Assembly (NCBI GenBank): GCA_016718655.1
Contig: JADKCV010000018.1
Span: forward strand, 19,009 to 83,008
From: Flavobacteriales bacterium
GTDB taxonomy: Bacteria > Bacteroidota > Bacteroidia > Flavobacteriales_F > PHOS-HE28
Reading direction: 5' to 3'
DNA: 64,000 nt
Shown here: positions 1-10,556 of the stretch, piece after piece
Layout: each line of letters starts with the position of its first letter
How positions within the stretch are numbered: position 1 is the stretch's first letter
Notes under the pieces: generated by a model
Seen by the model: the letters and a program-made list of their open reading frames with translations, nothing else
Database searches by the model: none
Told to the model about the DNA's origin: nothing
Translations under genes and position numbers: made by a program

Positions 1-264
1 CGCAATGTCCGAGTTGATCCAATCGATCTGGGTCAGCGGGTGTGTTTCGAGCGCGCTGTAATCCACCGTACACTTCCCTTCCATGCAACGCACCCAGGTC
101 AAGAGGAGGTTGAGGCCGGTGCCAAGACCCACTTCCAGGACATCTACATGCGACTTGCCGAGGTGTTCGAGACCGGCCTTGATGAAGACATGTGTGCTCT
201 CTTGCACCGCTCCATGGACACTGTGGTAGGTCGTATCCAGCAGGCCATGATGCAGCGTGAGTGA
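1..264 (+). CDS. 3' end of a hypothetical protein that starts before the window
   Basis: Frame 1 is open from base 1 (RNVRVDPIDLGQRVCFE...) to TGA at 262-264. No recognisable motif. Confidence 0.4.
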   Translation, partial: RNVRVDPIDLGQRVCFERAVIHRTLPFHATHPGQEEVEAGAKTHFQDIYMRLAEVFETGLDEDMCALLHRSMDTVVGRIQQAMMQRE

Positions 265-335
265 ACCGTCTCCGGTGCGCTGAGGGGTGAGCAGGACTCC
301 CTGATCGTCGGCCATGGGCCAAAATTAGAACGGCT

Positions 336-1639
336 TCATCGGGATCCCTCACGGGCACCGAACACCACTTCGTATACATCATCCTCGCCCTGCCCATCGG
401 CCCTCAACGAACTGAAATAGCCTTTTGTGCCATCGGCGGTCAGCACGAAGAACAGGTCATCATCGGGTGAATTGATGGGCCAGCCGAGGTTCTCCGGAGT
501 GGTCCATTGCCCGTTCACCAAACGCGACCGGAAGATGTCATAACCGCCGATCGTGTTGTGGCCCTTGCTGCTGAAATAGATGGTGCCACCATCAGGCCCC
601 ACGTAGATCCCATCCTCATCGAAGCGGGTGTTCACCGTCGGCCCGAGGTTCTCCGCCGGACCCCAACTCGTTGTGGCCTCGATCCAGGGAGCCCGAAAGA
701 TGTCCTGCCCGCCTACGTTGTCCGCAGCCCGATCGCTAACGAAATAGAGCCATCGGCCATCCGCGCTCGGCCACGCGGCAGATTCGTGGCCGGGCGTGTT
801 GACCGTTGGACCCAGCGCACGTGGTTCGGTCCAGTTGCCCGTGCGTTGTCGGGTCTCGAAGAGATCACCCGAACCGTCCACGTCCCGGTACACCATCAGG
901 GTACGGCCATCCGCCGACAAGCCCACGCTGGCGTCGTTCCCAGCGGTGTTCACCGGGTTGGGCAGGAGTTCCACCGCACCCCACCCTGCATCCTTGCGAG
1001 TGGTGCTGTAGATGTCCTCGAAATATTCACCAGTGGCCTTGTTCACCTTGCCGTTCGTAGGGGATGGGCGACGGGAGGTGAAGAGCAGTGTGGATCCATC
1101 GGCGGAGATGAGCGGTCCGTGGTCCGAACTACTGGAGTTGATGCCGGCACCCAGGTCGCGCACCACGACATCGGTCGGTGCGGCCATGATGGACTTGCCG
1201 TTCCGGCATTCACGGATGTGCCTATCGGCTTGCGCATAGAGCGGGTCCGGGTCCTGTGGCGAATGCACTCCACGGTGGTGCTCGAAGCTCGCGATGGCCT
1301 TGTCCCAATCAGCGTTCAATTGGAGGGCATATCCGACGAGGAAGTGTATCCGCGGTTGCTGGGGATCCAGATCGCGTGATCGTGTGAGATAAGGTAACGC
1401 CTTATGCCGCATGGGCCCATTGAGTTGACAGAGACCCATCCGCAGGTTCACCAACGCATCATCGGGCGCTAGGGCGACCGCCTCCTCATAAAGCGTTTCG
1501 GCCTGAACGTGTTGCACACCTCCCATCTGGGACAGCTTGTCGGCTTGCTTCAACAAGTCCTGCACACGCTTGAGCGTCCTGGGCCTGCCCGACGATGGGC
1601 GAAGGTCAAGGACAAGAGCACGAGCAATGATCGCAACAT
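336..1639 (-). CDS. TPR + PD40 (TolB-like beta-propeller) protein, probably exported; one apparent frameshift near the 5' end
   Basis: ORF 336-1565 has N-terminal TPR-like helices and repeated PD40 motifs (GPLISADGSTLLFTS, LSADGRTL, PSADGRWLYFVSDR, GGYDIF, INSPDDDLFF). A signal-peptide-like MLRSLLVLLSLTFA starts at ATG 1639 in a different frame. Confidence 0.75.
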
Positions 1640-1719
1640 GGGATGCAGGAACTTCGGTTATGCCAGCGGTGGTGTTGAAACGTCGACGGGCCTTTCCGAC
1701 CGGAAGCGGGCGCCGCCTC

Positions 1720-1727
1720 TAGCTTTG
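1720..1727 (+). promoter_or_regulatory. Bacteroidota sigma70 -7 box (TAGCTTTG)
   Basis: Exact TAnnTTTG match in the intergenic region 54 nt upstream of the M42 peptidase ATG. Confidence 0.5.
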
Positions 1728-1780
1728 CACCCGATCACGACCGCGTGACAAGATAAGCGGCACACGACCACACCTTGACC

Positions 1781-2880
1781 ATGGCCAAGAAGACCACACC
1801 GAAGTCCATCCTTACCACACGCTCCATGGAATTCCTGGAGCGCTACTTGAACAATCCCTCCCCACCGGTTTCGAGAGCGCAGGGCCAAAGTTGTGGCTGG
1901 ACTACGTTCGTCCTTATGTGGACGACCACATCGTGGACCCGTATGGGACCGTAGTGGGTGTCGTCAACCCTACTGCCAAGTACAAGGTGGTGATCGAGGC
2001 GCATGCCGATGAGATCAGCTGGTTCGTTCACTACATCACCAAGGATGGCTTCATCTATGTGCGCCGGAACGGTGGAAGCGACCACATCATCGCACCGAGC
2101 AAACGGGTGAACATCCACACGGACAAGGGTATCGTGAAGGCCGTGTTCGGATGGCCCGCCATCCACGTGCGGAACGGAAAGACGGAGATCACGCCCACGC
2201 TGGACAACATCTTCCTGGATTGCGGCTGCAACACCAAGGCCGAGGTGGAGAAGCTGGGCGTGCACGTGGGCTGTGTGATCACCTACGAGGACGAGTTCAT
2301 GGTGATGAACGAGCGCAACTTCGTGGGCCGTGCGTTGGACAACCGTATGGGCGGCTTCATGATCGCCGAAGTGGCGCGCCTGTTGAAGGAACAGAAGGTG
2401 AAACTGCCCTTCGGCCTCTACATCACGAACAGTGTGCAGGAGGAGGTGGGTCTGCGCGGCGCGGAGATGATCGTGGAACGTATCAAGCCAGATCTGGCGA
2501 TAGTGACCGACGTGACACACGACACGCAGACGCCGCTGATGAACAAGATCCAGAGCGGAGACATCGCATGCGGCAAGGGCCCCGTATTGAGCTACGCACC
2601 CGCCGTACACAACACCGTGCTGAAGCACATCGTGCGCACCGCGGAGAAGGAGAAGATCGAGTTCCAGCGCGCAGCACAGAGCCGCGCCACGGGCACCGAT
2701 ACCGATGCCTTCGCCTATGGTAGTGCCGGCGTACCGAGCGCCCTGATCAGCCTGCCGCTGCGATACATGCATACGACCGTGGAGACCGTGCACCGCGACG
2801 ATGTGGAGAGCGTCATCAAGCTCATCCTGGCCAGTGTGAAAGGCTTGAAGGCAGGCGCCGACATGCGGTACTTCAAGTGA
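1781..2880 (+). CDS. M42 family metallo-aminopeptidase (FrvX/endoglucanase-like); -1 homopolymer frameshift at ~1860-1863
   Basis: Motifs EAHADEI, GRALDNRMG, VQEEVGLRGA, TGTDTD, SLPLRYMHT. The N-terminus MAKKTTPKSILTTRSMEFLERYLNNPSP from ATG 1781 joins the 1891 ORF frame (TGFESAGQKLW) if the C4 run is C5. Confidence 0.9.
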
Positions 2881-2893
2881 TGCTGTAGCTGCC

Positions 2894-3535
2894 ATGCGCA
2901 TCATCGAGGACCCCAACACCCGTGAAGCGCTGCAATTCATGGCCCTCTCAGTGTCCGTGTTGGTGGTGATCGCACTGGTGATCGGCATGGCCGACAGATG
3001 GGTCCCGGAAGCACCATCCCGCGCGGTCGACCACGTCCTGATGCGTTATCGAGCGGGCTATATCCTCCGAGAACCGGGTATACTGGTCAGCGGAGCCTGG
3101 CCGCGGTTGGTGCGGCTCTGCTTCGCTGGGTGCACCGCGCTGATCATTGGCCTGGGCATCACGCTGCTACTACGCTTGGTGACACCCTTGCGGGACCAGG
3201 CGTGGCGCGTAGGACGTTGGACCCTTGGTGCCGCAGCGATCTGGGGGGTGATCGCGGTGCTCTTCCTTCCACCACGAAGCGCTTCAGCGATACCGAACGG
3301 TCTGCGCATCATCGAGCGTCCTGCTTTGTTCGGGCAATTGAGCCTACCGTTCCCCCAAGAAGTGGTGAACTGGGAACGGGGTACGATCGCGTCCATTCGC
3401 ACCTTGGAAGGGGGGGCGTTCGACACCCTGAGGATCTCCCCGATCAATGGCCCCGACCTTGACCTGTTGGTACCTGAGGATGCTTCCGGTGGCAATGCCT
3501 TCGTGGCCGCCGCGCTATACGACCACCTCCGCTGA
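2894..3535 (+). CDS. Hypothetical membrane protein (about 3 TM segments)
   Basis: 213-aa ORF with hydrophobic stretches, co-directional and tightly spaced with its neighbours. Confidence 0.6.
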   Translation: MRIIEDPNTREALQFMALSVSVLVVIALVIGMADRWVPEAPSRAVDHVLMRYRAGYILREPGILVSGAWPRLVRLCFAGCTALIIGLGITLLLRLVTPLRDQAWRVGRWTLGAAAIWGVIAVLFLPPRSASAIPNGLRIIERPALFGQLSLPFPQEVVNWERGTIASIRTLEGGAFDTLRISPINGPDLDLLVPEDASGGNAFVAAALYDHLR

Positions 3536-3539
3536 ACCG

Positions 3540-3990
3540 ATGCTCATAGCACGCTTGATCCCTTTGGAAGCCACCTACCCGTTGCGCCTCTTGGTGCTAC
3601 GTCCCGGAGGTGCCTTGGCGGACTGTCATTTCGAAAGCGATCTGGTGGATGGCGGGTTCCATGTCGGCACCTTCACTGGCGACGCCTGCATCGCTGTGGG
3701 ATCGTTCAGTCCTGAGGCGCATCCCTGAACTTCCGGCTGAACGCCCATATCGCTTGCGGGGCATGGCCACCCATCCGGACCACCAGGGGACCGGAGCGGG
3801 CAAGTCACTGATGCGAACTGCCATCACTGAGATCGAGGAACGCGGTGGCGATCGGTTGTGGTGCAATGCACGGGCGATCGCGGTGCCGTTCTATCTGCGG
3901 ATGGGGCTGCGGATCCACGGTGCATCGTTCGCGATACCAGGCATCGGCACCCACCATGTGATGCATCGCTCCTTCACCGGGGAAGGATAG
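3540..3990 (+). CDS. GNAT family N-acetyltransferase; +1 frameshift at ~3723-3725
   Basis: MLIARLIPLEATYPLRLLVLRPG... continues after deleting one C into ELPAERPYRLRGMATHPDHQGTGAG (acetyl-CoA motif A) and LWCNAR...FYLRMG. Confidence 0.85.
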
Positions 3991-3995
3991 CTTCG
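3988..3995 (+). promoter_or_regulatory. -7 box variant TAGCTTCG, 12 nt before the next ATG
   Basis: TAnnTTCG overlapping the GNAT stop codon; ATG at 4000. Confidence 0.4.
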
Positions 3996-3999
3996 TGCC

Positions 4000-5403
4000 A
4001 TGCCGCTCACACGCACCGACCGGCTGCTGGTCCTGGGACTGGTGGCCCTCAACCTCGCCCTGAAGCTGGCTTGGACCGGTGCCGCGGAGTTGGCCCATGA
4101 TGAGCCGTTCACGGTGTTCTGGTCCCAGCGCCCGCTCACCGAGCTCTGGGCCATGTTCCGCACGGAGAACAACCCGCCGCTGTACTTCTTCTTGATCAAG
4201 GTTTGGAGTTGGATCGTGCCCTTCGAGGCCGGTTGGCTTCGTGTTCCATCGGCCGTGGCCAGTTCCTTGGTCGTTTGGCCGCTTTTCTTGTTGGCCCATC
4301 GGTCCGGTGATCGCCGTGTGGCTGTTCTCGCCGCCATCCTGTTCACGTGCAGCAACCACCACTATGGCTTCGCACATGAGGTTCGCGCCTATGCCCTGTT
4401 CACCCTGCTCACCACCACCGGCATGTGGCTGCTCACACGCGCCATACAACGCCCGGAACAAGGTGTGAAGCTCATGCTGCACCTGTCCATGCTGAACGTG
4501 GTCCTGGTGTACACCCACTTCTTCGGCTGGCTGGTGGTGGGCCTTCAGGGCGTGATGGTGCTTTTGCTTCCCGAGATGCGCCACCTGCGGCGGGGCTTCG
4601 CTTTCGGTGCCGCGATGACCCTATGCTGGTTCCTGCCCTACGGCATCATATTCATGGAGCGGATGACGCAGAGCGTGGGCCAAGGCACTTGGTTGGAAGC
4701 TCCTGTGCCGGAGGAACTCTACAACATGATCTGGCGATGGAGCAATGCTCCCGTGTTGGCAGTGGGCTTCCTGGTGGTCATCGTCATTGCCTCCTTCCGG
4801 GACCGGTTGCGCAGCTTCGGACTCCGAATGGCCCTTATCTGGGCCTTTGTTCCGCTAGTGGGCATGTTCGCCGTCAGTTTCAGCATCCCCATCTTCCTGG
4901 ACCGGTACCTGGTGTACGCTGCGCCCGGGTTCGCATTGGCGGTGGCCTTCTCCATGCCGATCATCCTTCCCTCGGAACGGATACGGACCGCGGTAATGGC
5001 CTTCGCCGGGCTTGGCATGCTGGCCACCTTCATCCCATGGAACGTCACCGGTCCACATCCCGGTCGTGTGGTCCAAGTGGAGGAAGCCTGGTGTGAAGGG
5101 TCTTGTTCGGTGGAAGTGGTCCCTCGATGGTATTGGCTCACCTACCTGGCCACCAAGGATATCCGGTCCTTGCAGCAACCCACCTCCGAACACATGGCGT
5201 ACGCGAATGCCCTTGAGTGGCGGTCCGATGCAGCGGTAACCTCCGCTCCGACCGATACCCTTCAGGTGGCCGTGCTCATCGACGCTGGATCGGAACTGGT
5301 GGACCCTGAGCGGAACCGATACCGGGAACTCCGCGCCATCTACGGCCGGGTGGATTCCTTGGAGGCCGACCACAAGGTGTGGGTGTACCGTTTCAGGCGG
5401 TAA
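4000..5403 (+). CDS. GT-C fold integral membrane glycosyltransferase (GT39/PMT-like)
   Basis: Multi-TM 467 aa; first loop acidic motif HDEPFT, then ENNPPLY, LRVPSA, EVRAYAL and YTHFFG, typical of PMT_2-type transferases. Confidence 0.75.
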   Translation: MPLTRTDRLLVLGLVALNLALKLAWTGAAELAHDEPFTVFWSQRPLTELWAMFRTENNPPLYFFLIKVWSWIVPFEAGWLRVPSAVASSLVVWPLFLLAHRSGDRRVAVLAAILFTCSNHHYGFAHEVRAYALFTLLTTTGMWLLTRAIQRPEQGVKLMLHLSMLNVVLVYTHFFGWLVVGLQGVMVLLLPEMRHLRRGFAFGAAMTLCWFLPYGIIFMERMTQSVGQGTWLEAPVPEELYNMIWRWSNAPVLAVGFLVVIVIASFRDRLRSFGLRMALIWAFVPLVGMFAVSFSIPIFLDRYLVYAAPGFALAVAFSMPIILPSERIRTAVMAFAGLGMLATFIPWNVTGPHPGRVVQVEEAWCEGSCSVEVVPRWYWLTYLATKDIRSLQQPTSEHMAYANALEWRSDAAVTSAPTDTLQVAVLIDAGSELVDPERNRYRELRAIYGRVDSLEADHKVWVYRFRR

Positions 5404-5513
5404 GCGTCCAACGGTCCATCCCAACCGGCAACCGTCCATGGATCAGTGGACCACCGGATCGATCCAACGTGGACCTTTGCATGGAATTCCCAACCGAACA
5501 AACGTTCCAGCAC

Positions 5514-7466
5514 ATGAACCAACGACCGCTGTACACCACCGCGCTCTTCGCAGGCATCAGTCTGCTCACCGCATGCGGAAGCGGAGAACCGCCCAAGGAG
5601 TCCGAAGCTCCGGCAACTCCCCCTCCCACCTTGGCCATGAAGGACTTCTTCAAGAATCCGGAGAAGGCAGGCTTCCGCATCAGCCCGGATGGCCAGTACG
5701 TGAGCTACCGTGCACCATGGAACAACCGGATGAACATCTTCGTCCAGAAGATCGGCGAGCCCACTGCGACCCAGGTCACCCAGGACACCGTGCGCGACAT
5801 CGGCGGCTACTTCTGGAAGGGCGACCGCATCGTGTACAGCCGCGACATCAACGGGGATGAGAATTTCATCGTCTTCAGTGTGGGCATCAACGGCGCCGAT
5901 GCCAAGCCCCTGACCCCCATCAAAGGGGTGCGAGCCGGCACCTTGGACGACCTGCATAATATCCCGGGCATGGAGAAGCACATCATGGTGCAGATGAACC
6001 AGCGCGACCCCGGCATCTTCGACCCGTACCTGATCAACGTGGAAACAGGTGAGGCCAAGTCGTTGTATGACAACAAGGAGAGCTATGAGAGCTGGATGAC
6101 CGACCACAACGGTGTGATCCGCATCGCAACCCGCACCGAGGGGGTGACCAGCGTGTACTACCACCGCGCCAGTGACAAGGAGCCCTTCACCGAGTTCATG
6201 CGTACCGATTTCAAGGACAACTTCAGCCCGTTGTTCTTCACCTTCGACAACAAGAACCTTTACGCCAGCAGCAACCTCAACGGCCGCGACAAGAGCGCGA
6301 TCGTGGAGTACGACATGACCACCGGCAAGGAGGCGAAGGAATTGTTCGCCAATGCGGACAATGACGTGGACGGCTTGGACTACAGTCGCAAGCGCAAGGT
6401 GCTGACCATGGTCACTTGGACCGGGGCAAAGAGCGAGCGCCACTTCCTCGATGACATGACCAAGGCCATGTATTCGAAGATGGAAGCCAAGTTCCCTGGT
6501 TATGAGACCTGGATCTATGGCGAGGATGACACCGAAAGCAAGTTCATCGTGTGGGTGGGCAACGACCGGATGCCGGGCAAATACTACTCCTACGACGCCA
6601 CGGGGGATAAGGTGGAAGAACTCGCTACCCTCTACCCTTGGTTGAACGAGAACGATATGGCGGAGATGAAGCCCATCTCATACAAGAGCCGTGACGGGCT
6701 GACCATACATGGCTACCTGACCTTGCCGAAAGGCCGTGGTGAGAAAGCGCTTCCCGTGGTCATGATGGTCCATGGCGGACCGTGGGCCCGCGACCAGTGG
6801 GGATACGATCCGGAGGCGCAATTCCTGGCCAACCGGGGCTATGCCGTGTTGCAAGTCAACTTCCGGGGCAGCACGGGCTATGGCCGTGAGTTCTGGATGA
6901 AGAGTTTCAAGCAATGGGGTAAGACCATGCAGGACGACGTGACCGATGGTGTGGAGTGGCTGAAAGCCGAAGGAATTGCCGATCCCAAGCGCGTGGCGAT
7001 CTATGGAGGCAGCTACGGCGGTTACGCCACCTTGGCCGGCCTGGCCTTCACTCCGGACCTGTATGCTTGCGGCATCGATTACGTAGGAGTGAGCAACCTC
7101 TTCACGTTCCAGCGCACCATCCCCCCGTATTGGGGACCCTGGCGCGAGGTGTTGTATGAGCAGGTCGGACATCCTGAGAAGGATAGTCTGCTACTCGCTG
7201 CCGCTTCACCAGCCCTGCATGCGGACAGGATCAAGGCTCCACTGTTCATCGCGCAAGGTGCCAATGACCCGCGCGTAGTGAAGGACGAGAGCGACCAGAT
7301 GGTGGAAGCCCTCAAGAAGCTGGGGGTCACCGTGGATTACATGGTGAAGGACGACGAAGGCCACGGGTTCCGCAATGAGGAGAACCGCTTCGAGTTCTAT
7401 GCGGCCATGGAAAAGTTCCTCGATACCCATATCGGTTCCGGATACAAGGTCGAAGCGGCCAAGTAG
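5514..7466 (+). CDS. S9 family (prolyl oligopeptidase-like) peptidase, lipoprotein
   Basis: Lipobox LLTAC after MNQRP; VHGGP; nucleophile motif GGSYGG; GANDPRV (Asp); EGHGF (His). Confidence 0.92.
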   Translation: MNQRPLYTTALFAGISLLTACGSGEPPKESEAPATPPPTLAMKDFFKNPEKAGFRISPDGQYVSYRAPWNNRMNIFVQKIGEPTATQVTQDTVRDIGGYFWKGDRIVYSRDINGDENFIVFSVGINGADAKPLTPIKGVRAGTLDDLHNIPGMEKHIMVQMNQRDPGIFDPYLINVETGEAKSLYDNKESYESWMTDHNGVIRIATRTEGVTSVYYHRASDKEPFTEFMRTDFKDNFSPLFFTFDNKNLYASSNLNGRDKSAIVEYDMTTGKEAKELFANADNDVDGLDYSRKRKVLTMVTWTGAKSERHFLDDMTKAMYSKMEAKFPGYETWIYGEDDTESKFIVWVGNDRMPGKYYSYDATGDKVEELATLYPWLNENDMAEMKPISYKSRDGLTIHGYLTLPKGRGEKALPVVMMVHGGPWARDQWGYDPEAQFLANRGYAVLQVNFRGSTGYGREFWMKSFKQWGKTMQDDVTDGVEWLKAEGIADPKRVAIYGGSYGGYATLAGLAFTPDLYACGIDYVGVSNLFTFQRTIPPYWGPWREVLYEQVGHPEKDSLLLAAASPALHADRIKAPLFIAQGANDPRVVKDESDQMVEALKKLGVTVDYMVKDDEGHGFRNEENRFEFYAAMEKFLDTHIGSGYKVEAAK

Positions 7467-7492
7467 GTCGAAGTCGAAAATCCACTCCTCTG

Positions 7493-7524
7493 CGAACGGC
7501 GGCCCTTTCAACGGCCGCCGTTCG
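7493..7524 (+). terminator. GC-rich hairpin after the S9 peptidase
   Basis: 12-bp inverted repeat CGAACGGCGGCC / GGCCGCCGTTCG with an 8-nt loop; weak U-tract. Confidence 0.5.
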
Positions 7525-7665
7525 TCGTTCGAACCTCAGGCGCCGGAAAGCGTTCCTTGATCGTCTTGTGAACATAACGTTACGTCAGCCTCCCAAGAGA
7601 AGGCTTGTGAACGTCGATCGCTAGATGAAAGGCCCTGTGATCCAACGCACTATCTTTCCGGACCT

Positions 7666-10446
7666 GTGAACACCATGCGCCCGCTCCGAACCGTCCTCCG
7701 AACGCTCTTGCTTCCTGTTATCGTGGCCGGCCCTGGTCACCTTGGCGCCCAAGTGGTGGTGAACGAGGTGTGCGCCTCGAACCTGAACGATTACGCGGAC
7801 AACTACGGGGAGTTCGAGGACTGGTTCGAACTGTACAATGGTGGTGCCGCAGCAGTGGACATCAGCGGATGGTGGGTGAGCAACCGCGGCGGCAATCCGT
7901 TGAAGTGGCAGGTTCCCGCCGGAACAACCATCCCCGCGAATGGTTACCGCGTGTTCATTTGCAGCAAGCGCGACATCGTGGTAGGTGCCACCATACACAC
8001 GAGCTTCAACCTGAACCAAACGGACGAGGATCATGTGTTACTGAGCAACGCTGCGGGCACCGAAGTCGATGACTTCGAGTTCGTCCTTGGACAGCGCACC
8101 CAATTGGGTCACTCGCGTGGACGCACCACGGATGGCGCCGCTGCATGGAGCTTGTTCACCAACCCCACCCCGGGTGCATCGAACACGGGTGCATCCGCCA
8201 GCTATGCGGCACCACCCAACCTCTCACCCGCAGCGGGCTTCTACGCAGGCAGCCAGTCGATAACCATGACCGCGGTGGCAGGCGCCACCATCCGCTATAC
8301 CTTGGATGGTTCCGAGCCCACTGCCGCTTCGACACTCTACGCGGGGCCTGTGAACGTGAACACTACCACGGTGGTACGAGCTCTTGCTTTCGGGCCGGCC
8401 GGCACCCCTCCTAGCTTCACCACCACCAACTCCTACTTCATCAATAACGACCATACGGTTGCGGTGATCAGTATCGCCGGTAGCCAGTTGGATGATCTAC
8501 TGGGAGGGAATGGTGGTATCCAACCCTTCGGACACATGGAGTACTTCGGACCCGACGGGGTACTGCGCGATGAAGCGGTCGGTGAATTCAACGAACATGG
8601 TCAGGATAGTTGGGCCTATGCGCAGCGGGGCTTCGACTACATCGCGCGCGATCAGACCGGTTACAACGACGCCATTCGCTACCCGGTGTTCCGCACCAAG
8701 GACCGCGAGAAGTACCAGCGCTTGATCATCAAGGCTTCCGCAGGCGATAACTTCAATTTCGGGCCAGGTCAACCGGCGCACATTCGCGATGCCTACGTAC
8801 AGGCACTGAGCCAGACCGGTGGGCTGGCGGTGGACGAGCGGAGCTACGAACCTGCCGTACTGTATGTGAACGGGCAATACTGGGGTGTGTATGATGTGCG
8901 TGAGAAGGTCGATGACCATGACTTCACGAACTACTATTACGATCAGGACAAGTTCAACATCCAGATGCTCAAGACCTGGGGCGGGACCTGGTCCGAATAT
9001 GGCGGCGGGCAAGCCCAAGCGGACTGGGATGCATTGCGCACCTACATCAACAGCAACAACATGGGCGACCCCACCGCGTTCGCCTATGTCGATGAACAAT
9101 ACAACTGGCAGAGCCTGGTCGACTATTTCTGCCTGAACAGTTATACGGTCTGTGCGGACTGGTTGAACTGGAACACCGCATGGTGGCGTGGACGTAACCC
9201 CGATGGCGACAAGAAGAAGTGGCGCTACCTGTTATGGGATATGGATGCCACCTTCGGTCACTATACCAATTTCACCGGCATTCCGGATCAAACACCCACC
9301 GCCGACCCCTGCAATGCGGAGGAACTCGGGGACCCTGGAGGACAAGGACACACGGTCATCCTTCAGAAGCTCATCACCGAGAACGAGATGGTCCATGACT
9401 ATTACGTGAACCGCTACATCGATCTCGGAAACACCTTGTTCAGCTGTGATCATATGTTGCCCTTCCTGGACAGCTTGGTCGCGCTGATCCGGCCGGAAAT
9501 GCCCGGTCAAGTAGCGCGGTGGGGAGGCTCCATGGCTCAGTGGGAAGCGAACGTCCTGGTGCTGCGCAACTTCATCGAAGAGCGGTGTGTGCAAGTTCAG
9601 GACGGGATGGTCGATTGCTACGACCTGGAAGGTCCTTACCCAGTGGTCTTCAATGTGGATCCCCCCATGAGCGGGACCATCCAGATCAACTCCATTGCGC
9701 CGGAGACCTATCCGTTCAGCGGCCTCTACTACGGGGGCATCAATACCACGCTGGCGCCATTACCAGCAGAAGGCTGGATCTTCAGTCATTGGGAGGTGTT
9801 CAGCACCAACGCCGTACTACCCAGCCTGACGGACTCCTTGGTCACGGTCGACTTCCTCAGCGCGGATAGTGTGGTAGCGCATTTCGTTCCACCTACACGC
9901 TATGAGATCCTCTTGGATGTGGAACCCAGGAACAGCGCCAGTATCACCATCGGTGGGAACACCTACACCTCCTTCCCTACACTGATCACCGTTCCCGAAG
10001 GTGTGGACCTGGACTTCACGGTAGGCCCGAACATGTACTACGATTTCCTGCACTGGTTCGTGAAGAACACGGACTATCTACCTGCGGATAGTACCCAGCG
10101 ACAATTGACGGCACAGTGGTGGACCACCGATACCATCATCGCATACCTCAAGCCGCAGGACTACGTGTTCTACACCTCCAACGCCTTCAGCCCCAACGGG
10201 GACGGATACAATGACCTCTGGCACCCTGCTGTGAACGTGGTGGACCTGGCCACTTATGACCTGGCCATCTTCGATCGCTGGGGTGGAGTGATCTGGCAAG
10301 CCCCTGGACCATTCGATACCGGATGGGATGGTACCTCCAACGGTAAGGCCGTTCCCAATGGGGTCTATGGGTTCCGGGCATATATGTTCGACGCCATCAA
10401 GAAGGAGCCTTATGAACTCCATGGCCATGTGACCATCGTTCGCTAA
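7666..10446 (+). CDS. CotH kinase family protein with lamin-tail and FN3-associated domains and a T9SS type-B (gliding-motility-associated) CTD
   Basis: Signal peptide; VVVNEVCASN...DWFELYN (lamin-tail); IRYTLDGSEPT; YWGVYDVREK and WDMDATFG (CotH); C-terminal SNAFSPNGDGYND...IFDRWG...WDG...GHVTIVR. Confidence 0.85.
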   Translation: MNTMRPLRTVLRTLLLPVIVAGPGHLGAQVVVNEVCASNLNDYADNYGEFEDWFELYNGGAAAVDISGWWVSNRGGNPLKWQVPAGTTIPANGYRVFICSKRDIVVGATIHTSFNLNQTDEDHVLLSNAAGTEVDDFEFVLGQRTQLGHSRGRTTDGAAAWSLFTNPTPGASNTGASASYAAPPNLSPAAGFYAGSQSITMTAVAGATIRYTLDGSEPTAASTLYAGPVNVNTTTVVRALAFGPAGTPPSFTTTNSYFINNDHTVAVISIAGSQLDDLLGGNGGIQPFGHMEYFGPDGVLRDEAVGEFNEHGQDSWAYAQRGFDYIARDQTGYNDAIRYPVFRTKDREKYQRLIIKASAGDNFNFGPGQPAHIRDAYVQALSQTGGLAVDERSYEPAVLYVNGQYWGVYDVREKVDDHDFTNYYYDQDKFNIQMLKTWGGTWSEYGGGQAQADWDALRTYINSNNMGDPTAFAYVDEQYNWQSLVDYFCLNSYTVCADWLNWNTAWWRGRNPDGDKKKWRYLLWDMDATFGHYTNFTGIPDQTPTADPCNAEELGDPGGQGHTVILQKLITENEMVHDYYVNRYIDLGNTLFSCDHMLPFLDSLVALIRPEMPGQVARWGGSMAQWEANVLVLRNFIEERCVQVQDGMVDCYDLEGPYPVVFNVDPPMSGTIQINSIAPETYPFSGLYYGGINTTLAPLPAEGWIFSHWEVFSTNAVLPSLTDSLVTVDFLSADSVVAHFVPPTRYEILLDVEPRNSASITIGGNTYTSFPTLITVPEGVDLDFTVGPNMYYDFLHWFVKNTDYLPADSTQRQLTAQWWTTDTIIAYLKPQDYVFYTSNAFSPNGDGYNDLWHPAVNVVDLATYDLAIFDRWGGVIWQAPGPFDTGWDGTSNGKAVPNGVYGFRAYMFDAIKKEPYELHGHVTIVR

Positions 10447-10515
10447 GGCGATTGTCATCGAGGTGTCAGGTTTGTTTAATGTTCTGTCGAAAGGTCTGAA
10501 CAAAGAAGGGAGGCC

Positions 10516-10553
10516 TCTGTTGATAGCGTGTTGTCCAACACAAAATCAACAGA
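10516..10553 (+). promoter_or_regulatory. Stem-loop covering the translation-initiation region of the DUF4397 gene
   Basis: TCTGTTGAT(10516-24)/ATCAACAGA(10545-53) outer stem plus GTGTTG/CAACAC inner stem; ends 3 nt before ATG 10557. Confidence 0.4.
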
Positions 10554-10556
10554 CTC

